A DNA stretch of 54,627 bases from positions 1 to 54,627 of the forward strand of contig JBGPXN010000008.1 in NCBI GenBank assembly GCA_041492755.1, read 5' to 3'. Below, one piece after another: positions 44,751 through 53,261 of the stretch. The position numbers and the translations under genes are program-made. Position 1 is the stretch's first letter, and each line of letters starts with the position of its first letter. The notes beneath the pieces were generated by a model. That model made no database searches. It saw only the letters and a list, made by a program, of their open reading frames with translations, and was not told the DNA's origin. Source of the DNA: Candidatus Methylomirabilia bacterium (lineage in GTDB: Bacteria; Methylomirabilota; Methylomirabilia; Rokubacteriales; CSP1-6).

Positions 44751-46168
44751 ACCCGAACACCGACGAACGGCGGGCGGATGCGGACCGGCCCCCGGGTCGG
44801 GGCGCTCGGGGCGGCCGGGGTCGCGGCCGACAGCGTGGTGAGCACGACGATGACGGCCGCAAAGAACCAGAACGGCTCCATGACCCGGATGATGATGAAC
44901 GTGTTGGCGCCGACGGCGTGGACGAGCAGCCCGACCGTCCCCGCCACGAACCCGACGGCGAGTCCGCGATCCTCCGGCTCGTGCAGCATGCGGTAGGCGC
45001 GCATCCCGGACGCGATCAGCGCCCGCGCGAGCCACCCGAGCGTGATGAGCCCGAGGAGCCCGGTCTCCACCAGCGTGCGCGCGTACTGGGCGTCCATGAA
45101 CCGGAAGCCGGTGACCCCGAACCCGAGCACGGGCCGCCGCGTCCACGCCTCCACCGCCTCCCAGGTGCTCATGAGCCGCTCGGAGGTGGACGGATCGAAG
45201 GCCACCCCGCCCACACGCACGGTCGGTTGGTCCGCCTGGCTCTTGAAAGTGAAGAGCACGCGCTTGGAGACCGCCGGCGGCGCCACCGCGAGCGTGAGCG
45301 GCGCCGTCACGATCACCACCGCGAAGACCGCGAGCATCGCGCGCCGGCGTTGCGAGAGCAGCGCGAGGGCGCCGGTCATGGGGATGAGGCCGAGATAGGA
45401 CGATCGCGATAGCGTGAAGGCGAAGGGCAAGGCCATGATGCCGACGGCGGCGAGCGACGCCACCCGCGTGGGCAGCCGCCGGGTCTCCAGCGCGATGCCG
45501 CTGGCGATCGCCATCATGAAGAGCAGGTAACCGCCGAACGTGTTCGGCTCGCCCGATTCCCCCTCGAACGGCGCCGACACCCGCTCACCGCCCGGGATCT
45601 GCGCCATGCCGATGAAGCTGACGATGATGGCGGTCAGAAACGCCGTCATCACGAGTCGCCACGCCTGATTGCGGTCACGGATGAGGTTGACGGTGATGAA
45701 GTAGACGACGAAGTACTCCACGTACTTGAGGACGTAGAAGAACCCGGCCGTGGTCTTCACGGTGCCGGTCACGAATCCCACGAGCGTGGCGCAGAGGGTG
45801 GCCAGGACGTAGGCGAAGATCGGACGATTCAGCGTCGTCGCCGCGATCAGTCCAAGGTCCTTGTGGAGGGCCATGCGGGCCAGCCAGGACAAGAGAATGA
45901 CGAGGAGCAGCACGTCTTCGAGGCGGAGCACCACCATCCGCTTCTCGGCGAGGCTGCCGCCGCCGAGCGCGAACTCCGGCGACAGCAGCATGGAGAGCAG
46001 GACGAGGTAGAGTCCGCCCTCCATGCTCATGAACGCGAAGATGAACACCGCGACCACGAACGCCGCGCCCACCGCGTATTCGAGCCGGATGGCGGCGACG
46101 CCCTGCGAGATCACGACCGCGATGGCCAGGAGGGCCACGCCCACGACGACGAGCCGGGAGTCGACCAC
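44747..46168 (-). CDS. O-antigen ligase / Wzy-like polymerase family membrane protein
   Basis: ~12 TM helices, R...F..EPN..GGYL, TLSRSSY, ER...W..PVLGFG and LVETGLLG; the usual HN motif reads DA. Confidence 0.85.
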   Translation of the reverse strand: MVDSRLVVVGVALLAIAVVISQGVAAIRLEYAVGAAFVVAVFIFAFMSMEGGLYLVLLSMLLSPEFALGGGSLAEKRMVVLRLEDVLLLVILLSWLARMALHKDLGLIAATTLNRPIFAYVLATLCATLVGFVTGTVKTTAGFFYVLKYVEYFVVYFITVNLIRDRNQAWRLVMTAFLTAIIVSFIGMAQIPGGERVSAPFEGESGEPNTFGGYLLFMMAIASGIALETRRLPTRVASLAAVGIMALPFAFTLSRSSYLGLIPMTGALALLSQRRRAMLAVFAVVIVTAPLTLAVAPPAVSKRVLFTFKSQADQPTVRVGGVAFDPSTSERLMSTWEAVEAWTRRPVLGFGVTGFRFMDAQYARTLVETGLLGLITLGWLARALIASGMRAYRMLHEPEDRGLAVGFVAGTVGLLVHAVGANTFIIIRVMEPFWFFAAVIVVLTTLSAATPAAPSAPTRGPVRIRPPFVGVRV

Positions 46169-46180
46169 GGGAGTCGGGCG

Positions 46181-49100
46181 CTACTTTACCCGCACGACGT
46201 GGTTGCCCAGGCCGAGACGGCTCAGCGCGTCCGCGCGCTCTTCCGCCTCCTGCCGCGAGGCGAAGTTGCCGTGCCGGATGAGGAAGTTCACGGCTTCGCC
46301 CGGTTGAGCCGCGACTCGCACCGCGTGCCCGCGCGCCCGCAGCCGCTCGGCGAGCTGCACGGCACCGCGCAGCGGCACCGCCGGCCCCACCCGTACGTTG
46401 AGCGGCTCGGCTCCGGCGAGCACGACGGCATCGCCGAATCCCTGCTCGCGCAGGGTCGACACCAGCGCCTGCGCCTCCCGCGTCGTCGGCACGCGCTCCA
46501 CGAGCACGGCGTAGAGGCCGCCGCCGGCTTGCTGGCGGAACCGGACGGTCTGAAAGCCAGCCTGGCTGAGCTGGCGCTCGACGCGTTCAGCCTCCGGAAG
46601 CGCGGGGAACGGGCCGAACTCCACGGCAAACCGACCGTCCGGCGTCGGCGGTTCCACGTTCGGCTTGGCGCCACTCGTGGGCGCCGGCGCGATCGCCGGC
46701 GGCACCACCACCGCCACGGCGGATCCATCACCGGCGGCAGGCGGCGTGACCGATGGCGGCGCGCCCGGCGCCGCGGGAGCCGTGGGAGCGACAGGCATCG
46801 CGGCCGGGGCGGACGCCACGGGACCGGAAGCCGGATTCACGGGAGCCGGCACGCCGGCGCCCGACGTGGCGCCTGGGGCCGACGGCGGCTCCGCCACCGG
46901 GCGGGAATCTGGGGCCGGCGGCAGCGCCGGTGGCACCGACGGCGGTACCGATTCGAGTCGCTTGCGCAGCAGCTCCTGTGGCCGCGGCCGGCTGTCGAAC
47001 CATCCGAGCTGCCAGCCCACGAGCCCGACGATGACGCCGCTGAGGCCCAGGATCAGGAGCAGCCCCTTGACCCGATCGCGATAGCGGTACCGGCGCTCCC
47101 CCGTCGGCGCGGCACCGGCCACCTCCTCCATCGGCGCCTCGGCGGCGACCGGCTCCGGCTCCTCCGTTGCGGTGGCGTCCCTGCGGCCGGGCAGACGCGA
47201 GCGCAGGCTGTTCCACAGCCGCTGCACGCGGCCCGGCGTGGGCCCGGGCGCTTCCTCACCGTAGTAGTGCGTGTAGTAGTGGGTGTACGCGTACCCGGCG
47301 ATCTCGGTCTGCACGTCGTTCAGCACCACGCCCCAGACGTTGGCCCGCGCGGCCTCCAGCTGCGTCTTGGCGCGCTTGAGCACGAGCCGGCCGACCTTGC
47401 CCGCCTGGTAGACGAGCACGACGCCGTCGACCTGGGCGCCGACGATCGCGGCGTCCGTCACCGGGAGCACGGGCGGCGTGTCGATGAGGACGATGTCGTA
47501 TTCCTCCCGCACGTCGCGCAGGAAGGCGCTCATGGCGGGGGTGGACAGGAGCTCGGACGGGTTGGCGGGGACGGGACCGGACTCGATGAGGTGCAGGTTG
47601 TCGAGCCCGGGCGAGGCCATGATGTCTTCCATCTCGAACCGGCCCATCAGGATGTCGGCCACGGTCCGGATGCACTCCCGCCACTGCGCGTTGCCGACCA
47701 GGATGTCGGACAGGCCGGACTCGCGGTCGATGCCGAAGAAGCGGTGAATGCTCGGGCGTCTTAGATTCGCGCCCACCAGCAGCGTGCGCTGACCGTTCTG
47801 GGCCATCGTGATGGCGAGGTTGACGATGGTCGTCGTCTTGCCTTCCTGCAGGGTGGGGCTGGTGACGACGAGGATCTTGCCCGCGCGCTCCATCCGCATG
47901 AACTGGATGTTGGTGCGCAGCGTGCGGTACGCCTCCGCCACCGGCGACTTCGGATCGAAGTGGGTGATGAGCAGCGCGTGGCTCTGCAGGGCGTCCGGCT
48001 CGATCTCGGCGAGGGCGGGCCGGCGCTCGATGAGCCGCTGCATGGTCTCCCGCGCGTCGATGTGGGGCACGATGCCGAGCACGGGCACTTGCAGGTACGT
48101 CTCGACGTCCTCGATGGTGCCGATCGACGTGTCGAGCGTTTCCTGCACGAAGGCCATGACGAGGCCGAGCATGAGGCCGAGGAGCGCGCCCACCAGCACG
48201 GTGTTGAACGACTCGGCGCCCACCGGCGTCGTCGGCTCGCTGGCCGGGCGGATGATGATGACTTCCTCGACCGTCTCCGACTCCTTGATCAGCGCCTCCT
48301 GGTGGCGCGTCTTGAGGAGCGTGAGCAGATCGTCGTTGACCTTCGCGTTGCGCTGCAGCCGCTGGATGTTCAGCTCGACGGCGGGCATCTCCCGGTTCTG
48401 CTGGAGCAGCTCGCCCATCTGGCGCCCGAGGATCTCTTCACGGCTGCGCAGCGCGGCGATCTGCGCGCCGACCTCGCGCCGCATCTCGCGCCGGACGTCG
48501 CGCATTCGGTCCTCGATGGCCTGCAGCTTCGGGTGCTTGTCGGTCACTTCGAGGGCCAGGTTGTTGCGCTCGAGGAGCAGATCGACCTGGGTCGCTTGCA
48601 GGCGCTGCAGGGCCGGGTTGCCCCCGTCCACGAAGATGCGCTCGGCCGTGGAGGTGGGATCGGTGCGGGCCAGGCGCGCCTGGGTCTGCTCGAGCTCCTG
48701 GCGCTGCTGCCGCGTGCGCTCCATGTCCGTCCGGATCTGCGTGAAGACGTTCAACAGCACGGCCGACTCGGCGCCCGGCGAGATGATCCGGTTGGCCTCG
48801 CGGAACGCCCAGACCTCGTCCTCCGCCTGCTTGACCCGGCCTTCGACCTCTTTGAGCTGCGTCTCGATGAACTTGCGCGCCTCGGTGATGCGACCGTTCC
48901 GCGCCTGCCGGTTGTAGTCGCGGTACACCTCGGCCACGATGTTGGCGAGGTCGCGCGCCTCGCGCGGGTTGGTCGACGTCGCCGTCACCTCGAGGATGCT
49001 CGTGGTGCCCACCCGCTGGGTCTTGAGCTTGCCGGCGATGTTGTCGAGCATGGCCGCGTACGACTTCGACTCGCGGAGCGCCTCTCCCCGCGTGGTCTGG

Positions 49101-49393
49101 GGGAGCCGGCCCATCCGTCGCGCCACCTCTTCGAGGATCGGATAGCTCCGGATCAGGCTGGCCTGCGTCTCGATGGAATCGCCCCCGGAGTATTGAAGGA
49201 CTTCCACGAGAAGACCCGCCAGCGTCGTCGATTGCTCGAACTTCACCGCCGAGGTCGCCTCGTAGACCGGAACCTTCTGCTTGGCGAACCAGAAGCTGAA
49301 GAGCGCGACGAGCACGGTCGCCGCGATGATGATGAACCGCCGGCGGCGGATGACCAGCCAGTAGTCGCGGAGGTTCATCTCGTACTGCGGCAT
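46181..49393 (-). CDS. Wzc/GumC-like polysaccharide copolymerase / BY-kinase fused to a C-terminal TM, Pro-rich linker and SPOR-like domains
   Basis: NLRDYW..IRRR TM1, coiled-coil periplasmic region, TM2, EAYRTLRTN, Walker A QEGKTT, Walker B IDTPP, Tyr cluster YAYTHYYTHYY, third TM, four SPOR-like beta-alpha-beta repeats. Confidence 0.88.
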   Translation of the reverse strand: MPQYEMNLRDYWLVIRRRRFIIIAATVLVALFSFWFAKQKVPVYEATSAVKFEQSTTLAGLLVEVLQYSGGDSIETQASLIRSYPILEEVARRMGRLPQTTRGEALRESKSYAAMLDNIAGKLKTQRVGTTSILEVTATSTNPREARDLANIVAEVYRDYNRQARNGRITEARKFIETQLKEVEGRVKQAEDEVWAFREANRIISPGAESAVLLNVFTQIRTDMERTRQQRQELEQTQARLARTDPTSTAERIFVDGGNPALQRLQATQVDLLLERNNLALEVTDKHPKLQAIEDRMRDVRREMRREVGAQIAALRSREEILGRQMGELLQQNREMPAVELNIQRLQRNAKVNDDLLTLLKTRHQEALIKESETVEEVIIIRPASEPTTPVGAESFNTVLVGALLGLMLGLVMAFVQETLDTSIGTIEDVETYLQVPVLGIVPHIDARETMQRLIERRPALAEIEPDALQSHALLITHFDPKSPVAEAYRTLRTNIQFMRMERAGKILVVTSPTLQEGKTTTIVNLAITMAQNGQRTLLVGANLRRPSIHRFFGIDRESGLSDILVGNAQWRECIRTVADILMGRFEMEDIMASPGLDNLHLIESGPVPANPSELLSTPAMSAFLRDVREEYDIVLIDTPPVLPVTDAAIVGAQVDGVVLVYQAGKVGRLVLKRAKTQLEAARANVWGVVLNDVQTEIAGYAYTHYYTHYYGEEAPGPTPGRVQRLWNSLRSRLPGRRDATATEEPEPVAAEAPMEEVAGAAPTGERRYRYRDRVKGLLLILGLSGVIVGLVGWQLGWFDSRPRPQELLRKRLESVPPSVPPALPPAPDSRPVAEPPSAPGATSGAGVPAPVNPASGPVASAPAAMPVAPTAPAAPGAPPSVTPPAAGDGSAVAVVVPPAIAPAPTSGAKPNVEPPTPDGRFAVEFGPFPALPEAERVERQLSQAGFQTVRFRQQAGGGLYAVLVERVPTTREAQALVSTLREQGFGDAVVLAGAEPLNVRVGPAVPLRGAVQLAERLRARGHAVRVAAQPGEAVNFLIRHGNFASRQEAEERADALSRLGLGNHVVRVK

Positions 49394-50658
49394 CAGCGGG
49401 TCTCCACCACCGGACCGGTGATGTACAGGAACGGGGTCTCGGACAGATCGATCATCTTGGGCGTGGCCAGGCGGCCGCCCTTGCCGTCGCCGATCTCGAT
49501 ACGTGGCCGGAGTGGATGGTTACGGTTGACCGCGACCACGCTGCCGATCTCGCCGGTGTTGAGCTTCACCTGGGTACCCGGCGGAAACACGGAGATCTCG
49601 CTGAGCAGCGCCTTGATGAGCGCGGGCGCGAACGACTCGTGCTTGGACCGGACGATGTCGCGGATCGCCTCGTGCGGCCGCAGTCCAGGGCGTCCCGACG
49701 CCGGTATCGTGAGTCCGGTGTAGGTGTCGACGAGCCCCAGGATCTTCGCGTCGGGATGGATCGACGGTCCGGTCAAGCCCTGCGGAAAACCCTGACCCTG
49801 CTCGCGCTCGTGGTGCTGGAGCACCGCCTCCACGAGGGTGTCCGCCGGCGGGCCCCAGCGCTGGATGATCTCCGCGGCCAGCCGGGGGTGGGCGCGGTAC
49901 TGCGTCTGCTCGGCCGCCGACAGCGTGTCGAGGCGGCCGAGGATGGCCGGGGGCACCTGCCACAGACCGACGTCGACCAGGCAGCCCGCCATGCCGAGCG
50001 GCACGAGCCGCTCCGGTTCATAGCCGACGTTGGCGCCGATCTGCACGGCGAGCACGCCGACACGCGCCTGGTGATAGGCCAGGTAGTCCGCGTGCGAGGG
50101 CGCCACCGGCTTGTTCGCGACCCAGAAGAGCTCCGCCGAATGGGCGAGCGACGCGACCACACGCTCGACGAGAGCGGTCAGCTCGGCCCACGGGAAGGAC
50201 TCCGTCGTCTGCACTAGGTCCCGCACGCGCTCGAGGAACGCCTCGAGCTCGGTGAAGATCGTCTCCGCCGTCTCGGTGGTCCGTGGCGGCACCGGCGGCA
50301 CCGGCCGCGCTGCCGCCGGTGACTCGCGCCGCGCGCCCGGCGAAGGCCGCGCATGCTCGGCCCCGGGGGCCGGCGCTGGCAGTGCCCCGAATCGCAGTCG
50401 CGGCGGCGCCGGTACCGGTGGCAACGGCGGGGTGCGCCGGGCCGCGTCGCCCGCCCGCTCCCGTGGCCGGGACTTGGGCGGCGACACCGGACGGGACGTC
50501 GTCGACGCAGGCCCAGGCGGCGAGGGCGGCGGCGCCTCCGCCGCCGGCGCCGATGGGGCCGCCGGGGTCGGCGGCACCGCCGGCGGCGCGGCCGGCGGCC
50601 CCCCGGGCTTGTCGGGCTCCGGCGGCAGGCCGCGCACGAGGTCGCTCATGCGCACCAT
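49393..50658 (-). CDS. Degenerate HD-GYP domain protein with a Pro-rich N-terminus
   Basis: H..RV..LA, VDVG in place of HDIGK, HP, QHHERE.G.GFP.GL, and C-terminal FPPG..VKLNTGE.G.V..RP. Confidence 0.82.
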   Translation of the reverse strand: MVRMSDLVRGLPPEPDKPGGPPAAPPAVPPTPAAPSAPAAEAPPPSPPGPASTTSRPVSPPKSRPRERAGDAARRTPPLPPVPAPPRLRFGALPAPAPGAEHARPSPGARRESPAAARPVPPVPPRTTETAETIFTELEAFLERVRDLVQTTESFPWAELTALVERVVASLAHSAELFWVANKPVAPSHADYLAYHQARVGVLAVQIGANVGYEPERLVPLGMAGCLVDVGLWQVPPAILGRLDTLSAAEQTQYRAHPRLAAEIIQRWGPPADTLVEAVLQHHEREQGQGFPQGLTGPSIHPDAKILGLVDTYTGLTIPASGRPGLRPHEAIRDIVRSKHESFAPALIKALLSEISVFPPGTQVKLNTGEIGSVVAVNRNHPLRPRIEIGDGKGGRLATPKMIDLSETPFLYITGPVVETR

Positions 50659-51464
50659 CAGGACACGCCTACCATGTCCTTGATCACCTCGGCGATGATC
50701 TTCTCGTCCACCTCGCGAGCGCGCTTGGAGTAGCCCACGAGGAGGGCGATGTCGCAGAGGTTGTTGATCTCGCGCGGGGTGCCGCGGGTGAAGTCGAAGA
50801 TCAGCTTGATCGCCTCGTCGGTGAAGATCTGGTTCGACTGACCCGCCATCTTCAGGCGGTGCGCGATGTAGCTGGCGGTGTGGGTATCGTCGAGGGTATT
50901 GAGGTGATAGCGGATCGCGATGCGCTGGTCGAGATGCTTGAGGCGGCGCACCTTCGGCGTGAGCTCGGGGGAGCCGATCAACATGATCGTGACCAGGAAG
51001 CGCTCGTCGGTCTGGAAGTTCATCAGCAGGCGCAGCTCCTCGAAGACCGCGTCGTCTTCGATGAGCTGGGCCTCGTCGACGATGACGACGGTGTCGCGCC
51101 CCGCCTGGTAGTTGCGGTAGAGGAGCTCGTTGATCCGGTGCAGCAGGTCGGACTTGTTCTGCTCCTCCGTCTCGATCCCGAGCTGGTAGAGGATCTCGCG
51201 CACGAAGTCGATGGCGGTCCAGCTCGGATTCGTCAGCAGGCCGATCTCGTAGCGCTCCGCCTCCAGCCGCTGGATGAGCGCGCGCGACAGCGTCGTCTTG
51301 CCGCAGCCGTACTCTCCCGTCAGCATCGCGCAGCCCTTGCGCTGGCGGACCGCGTACATCATCCGGACCAGCGCTTCCTCGTGTTCCGGGGAGAGGTAGA
51401 AGAACTTGGGGTTCGGCGAGTTGTCGAACGGCGCCTCGCTGAGACCCCAGTACGCTTCGTACAT
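50658..51464 (-). CDS. ExeA/GspA-family AAA ATPase (ATPase domain only)
   Basis: MYEAYWGL.E.PF..SP.P.FFY.S..H.EAL, GEYGCGKTT, IVDEAQ, QRI and G.PREINN.CD.ALL motifs. Confidence 0.9.
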   Translation of the reverse strand: MYEAYWGLSEAPFDNSPNPKFFYLSPEHEEALVRMMYAVRQRKGCAMLTGEYGCGKTTLSRALIQRLEAERYEIGLLTNPSWTAIDFVREILYQLGIETEEQNKSDLLHRINELLYRNYQAGRDTVVIVDEAQLIEDDAVFEELRLLMNFQTDERFLVTIMLIGSPELTPKVRRLKHLDQRIAIRYHLNTLDDTHTASYIAHRLKMAGQSNQIFTDEAIKLIFDFTRGTPREINNLCDIALLVGYSKRAREVDEKIIAEVIKDMVGVS

Positions 51465-51468
51465 GCCG

Positions 51469-53088
51469 TCAGTTGCCGGTCGTCGTCGCCCCCAACCGTC
51501 CGCCGAAGAGCACGAACAGGCTGGTGTACGACGTGATGAAGCCGGTGATGGCCCCCGAGATCGCGACGTAGTCCTGGTACCAGCGGACGGACACCTCGGG
51601 CACCGTCATCACCGCGCCCGGCTCCAGCGGGGGCGCCTCCGCCATCTTGTAGCTGCGCCCGTCGCGGAAGGTGACCGTCGCGTTCTTGAAGCGGGCGCGG
51701 ACGGTGGGGCCGCCGGCGAGGGCCAGATATTCGCGCGGGGTGAGCTCGGGCCGGAAGTCCACCGGACCCGGGGTGCGGACCTCGCCCAGGATGAAGACCT
51801 TGTCTTCGGCCGGCGGCAGCGTGAAGACGTCGCCGTTCTCGAGCAGGACGTTCTGCGTCTCGTCCTTGTCGACGTAGAGCCGCTGCAGGTCGATGGGAAT
51901 ACGCTGGCGCGGGCCGCTGGCGGCGCCGCGGTCCACGACGGCGAGACGCAGATCGGCGTAGGCGGCCGGCCCGCCGACCCGCGTCACCACGTCGCGCACG
52001 CGATCCCCCTGCGCGAGCTCGAGGCGTTGCAGGATCGTCTGCTTGCCCGCGATCTGCGTCTTGACGCTGTCGGCGGTGCCGTTGAAGGCGCCCCGCAGCT
52101 CGACGAGATCTTGCAGCTGCGTCACCGCGGGGACGAACAGCTGATCGCCCGGCTTCAACGCCACGTCGAGCGGCCGCGCCAGTGCGCCAAGGTCGACCGG
52201 CAGCGTCTCCCGCCGTCCGTCCGCGCTCAGTCGCGTCAGCCGCGCCTGGGAAGCGGCCGCCGTCTGCAGCAGGCCACCCGTGAGGTCGAGCACCTCCCTC
52301 AGCGAGCCCTGGGGACCGAACTCGTACTCGCCGGGCCGGCGCACCGCCCCCGCCAGCGTGATGGTCTCGCGCTTGGGCGGCACGTAGATCGTCATGCCCT
52401 CGCCCACGAGCGGATTCTGCGTGAGGTCGCCGCGCAGCTCGAAGCGCAGCAGATCGATCTCTTGGCTGGCTCCCGCGCCGCTGATCGTGATGCGACGCAG
52501 GCTGCCGCGGGGCGTGAGCCCGCCCGCTCCCTGGATGACGTCATGCACGCGCCGGGTGGCGGGCACCAGCACCGCGCCCGGCCGCTCCACCTCGCCCGCG
52601 ACCGTGATTTCGAATGTCCGCGGCACCAGAACCGTCAACGTGAGGTCGACGAAGCGGAACAGCTCGCGCGCTCGGGCGCCAACCAGCCGGTGCGCGTCCA
52701 GCAACGTCAGACCCCCGATGGGAATGCTGCCGATCGGCGGGATGTTGATCCTGCCCTCGGCGTCGATCGCGACCTGCTGGCGCGTCACGTCGAGCCGTCC
52801 CGCGATCTGCACCTCGACGAGGTCGCCCGCGCCAAGGCGGTAGTCGGGCCCGGCAATGACTCGGTTGACGAACGGTGTCACCACGATAGGCTGACCGGGA
52901 ACCCCGACACTCGGTGCCGACACTCCCGGGGTCGGAAGACTGGGGCCCGGCGCGACGGGCGCCGCAAAAGAGGGCGCCTGTCCTGGCGGCACGACCAGAG
53001 GCGCGGGCGCCGGGGCCGGCGCTTGAGCCGCCGACAAAGTCGGCGTCAGGAGGCAAATGACCAGAATTGCACAGAGCGCACGGCGCAA
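51469..53088 (-). CDS. Polysaccharide export OPX protein with multiple SLBB domains (Wza/KpsD-like)
   Basis: DYRLGAGD and G.I.IP.IG Poly_export motif, repeated G.V.RPG/AGG SLBB units, C-terminal hydrophobic helix; TTG start after AGGAG inferred. Confidence 0.88.
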   Translation of the reverse strand: MRRALCAILVICLLTPTLSAAQAPAPAPAPLVVPPGQAPSFAAPVAPGPSLPTPGVSAPSVGVPGQPIVVTPFVNRVIAGPDYRLGAGDLVEVQIAGRLDVTRQQVAIDAEGRINIPPIGSIPIGGLTLLDAHRLVGARARELFRFVDLTLTVLVPRTFEITVAGEVERPGAVLVPATRRVHDVIQGAGGLTPRGSLRRITISGAGASQEIDLLRFELRGDLTQNPLVGEGMTIYVPPKRETITLAGAVRRPGEYEFGPQGSLREVLDLTGGLLQTAAASQARLTRLSADGRRETLPVDLGALARPLDVALKPGDQLFVPAVTQLQDLVELRGAFNGTADSVKTQIAGKQTILQRLELAQGDRVRDVVTRVGGPAAYADLRLAVVDRGAASGPRQRIPIDLQRLYVDKDETQNVLLENGDVFTLPPAEDKVFILGEVRTPGPVDFRPELTPREYLALAGGPTVRARFKNATVTFRDGRSYKMAEAPPLEPGAVMTVPEVSVRWYQDYVAISGAITGFITSYTSLFVLFGGRLGATTTGN

Positions 53089-53135
53089 AATCTCGCGTCT
53101 CCTAAGGCGATGTGACGATGGCCAGGGCAAGTGTG

Positions 53136-53225
53136 ATTGTCCCTTTTTCGTTCTCGGAGCGTCAAGGAAAAAGGCATTGTTTTGCCGAGTTTCCTTGACA
53201 CTTTCCCTCTCGCGTCCGCTATCAT
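53136..53225. promoter_or_regulatory. Back-to-back divergent promoters within an inverted repeat
   Basis: Plus strand TTGACA(53195)-N19-TATCAT; minus strand TTGACG(53165)-N18-GACAAT; 10-bp IR GTCAAGGAAA/TTTCCTTGAC. Confidence 0.5.
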
Positions 53226-53261
53226 CGGCGCGGAGGCTGACCGGAAACCGCTGACACCGCC

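Noticed and set aside
1738..46168. Long N-terminal extensions in the ORF track (e.g. 130-2169, 5813-8110, 22149-24575, 38230-41277) suggesting fusion proteins
   Set aside because: The extensions lie within upstream genes in another frame; the real starts coincide with stop/start overlaps
50658..51464. ExeA-like ATPase as evidence of a type II secretion system or a transposon TniB/TnsC
   Set aside because: No gsp genes, transposase or terminal repeats nearby; it is coupled to polysaccharide export genes
17934..53088. PEP-CTERM/exosortase system
   Set aside because: The ATPase, AsnB and GT content are reminiscent, but no exosortase or PEP-CTERM tail is recognisable in the window
169..53115. 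Many long antisense or alternate-frame ORFs (e.g. 169-2028, 2810-4942, 26837-29020, 31148-33895, 38152-40320, 42378-44996)
   Set aside because: They overlap well-supported genes, are Arg/Ala/Gly/Pro-rich without motifs, and are expected shadows of high-GC codon usage
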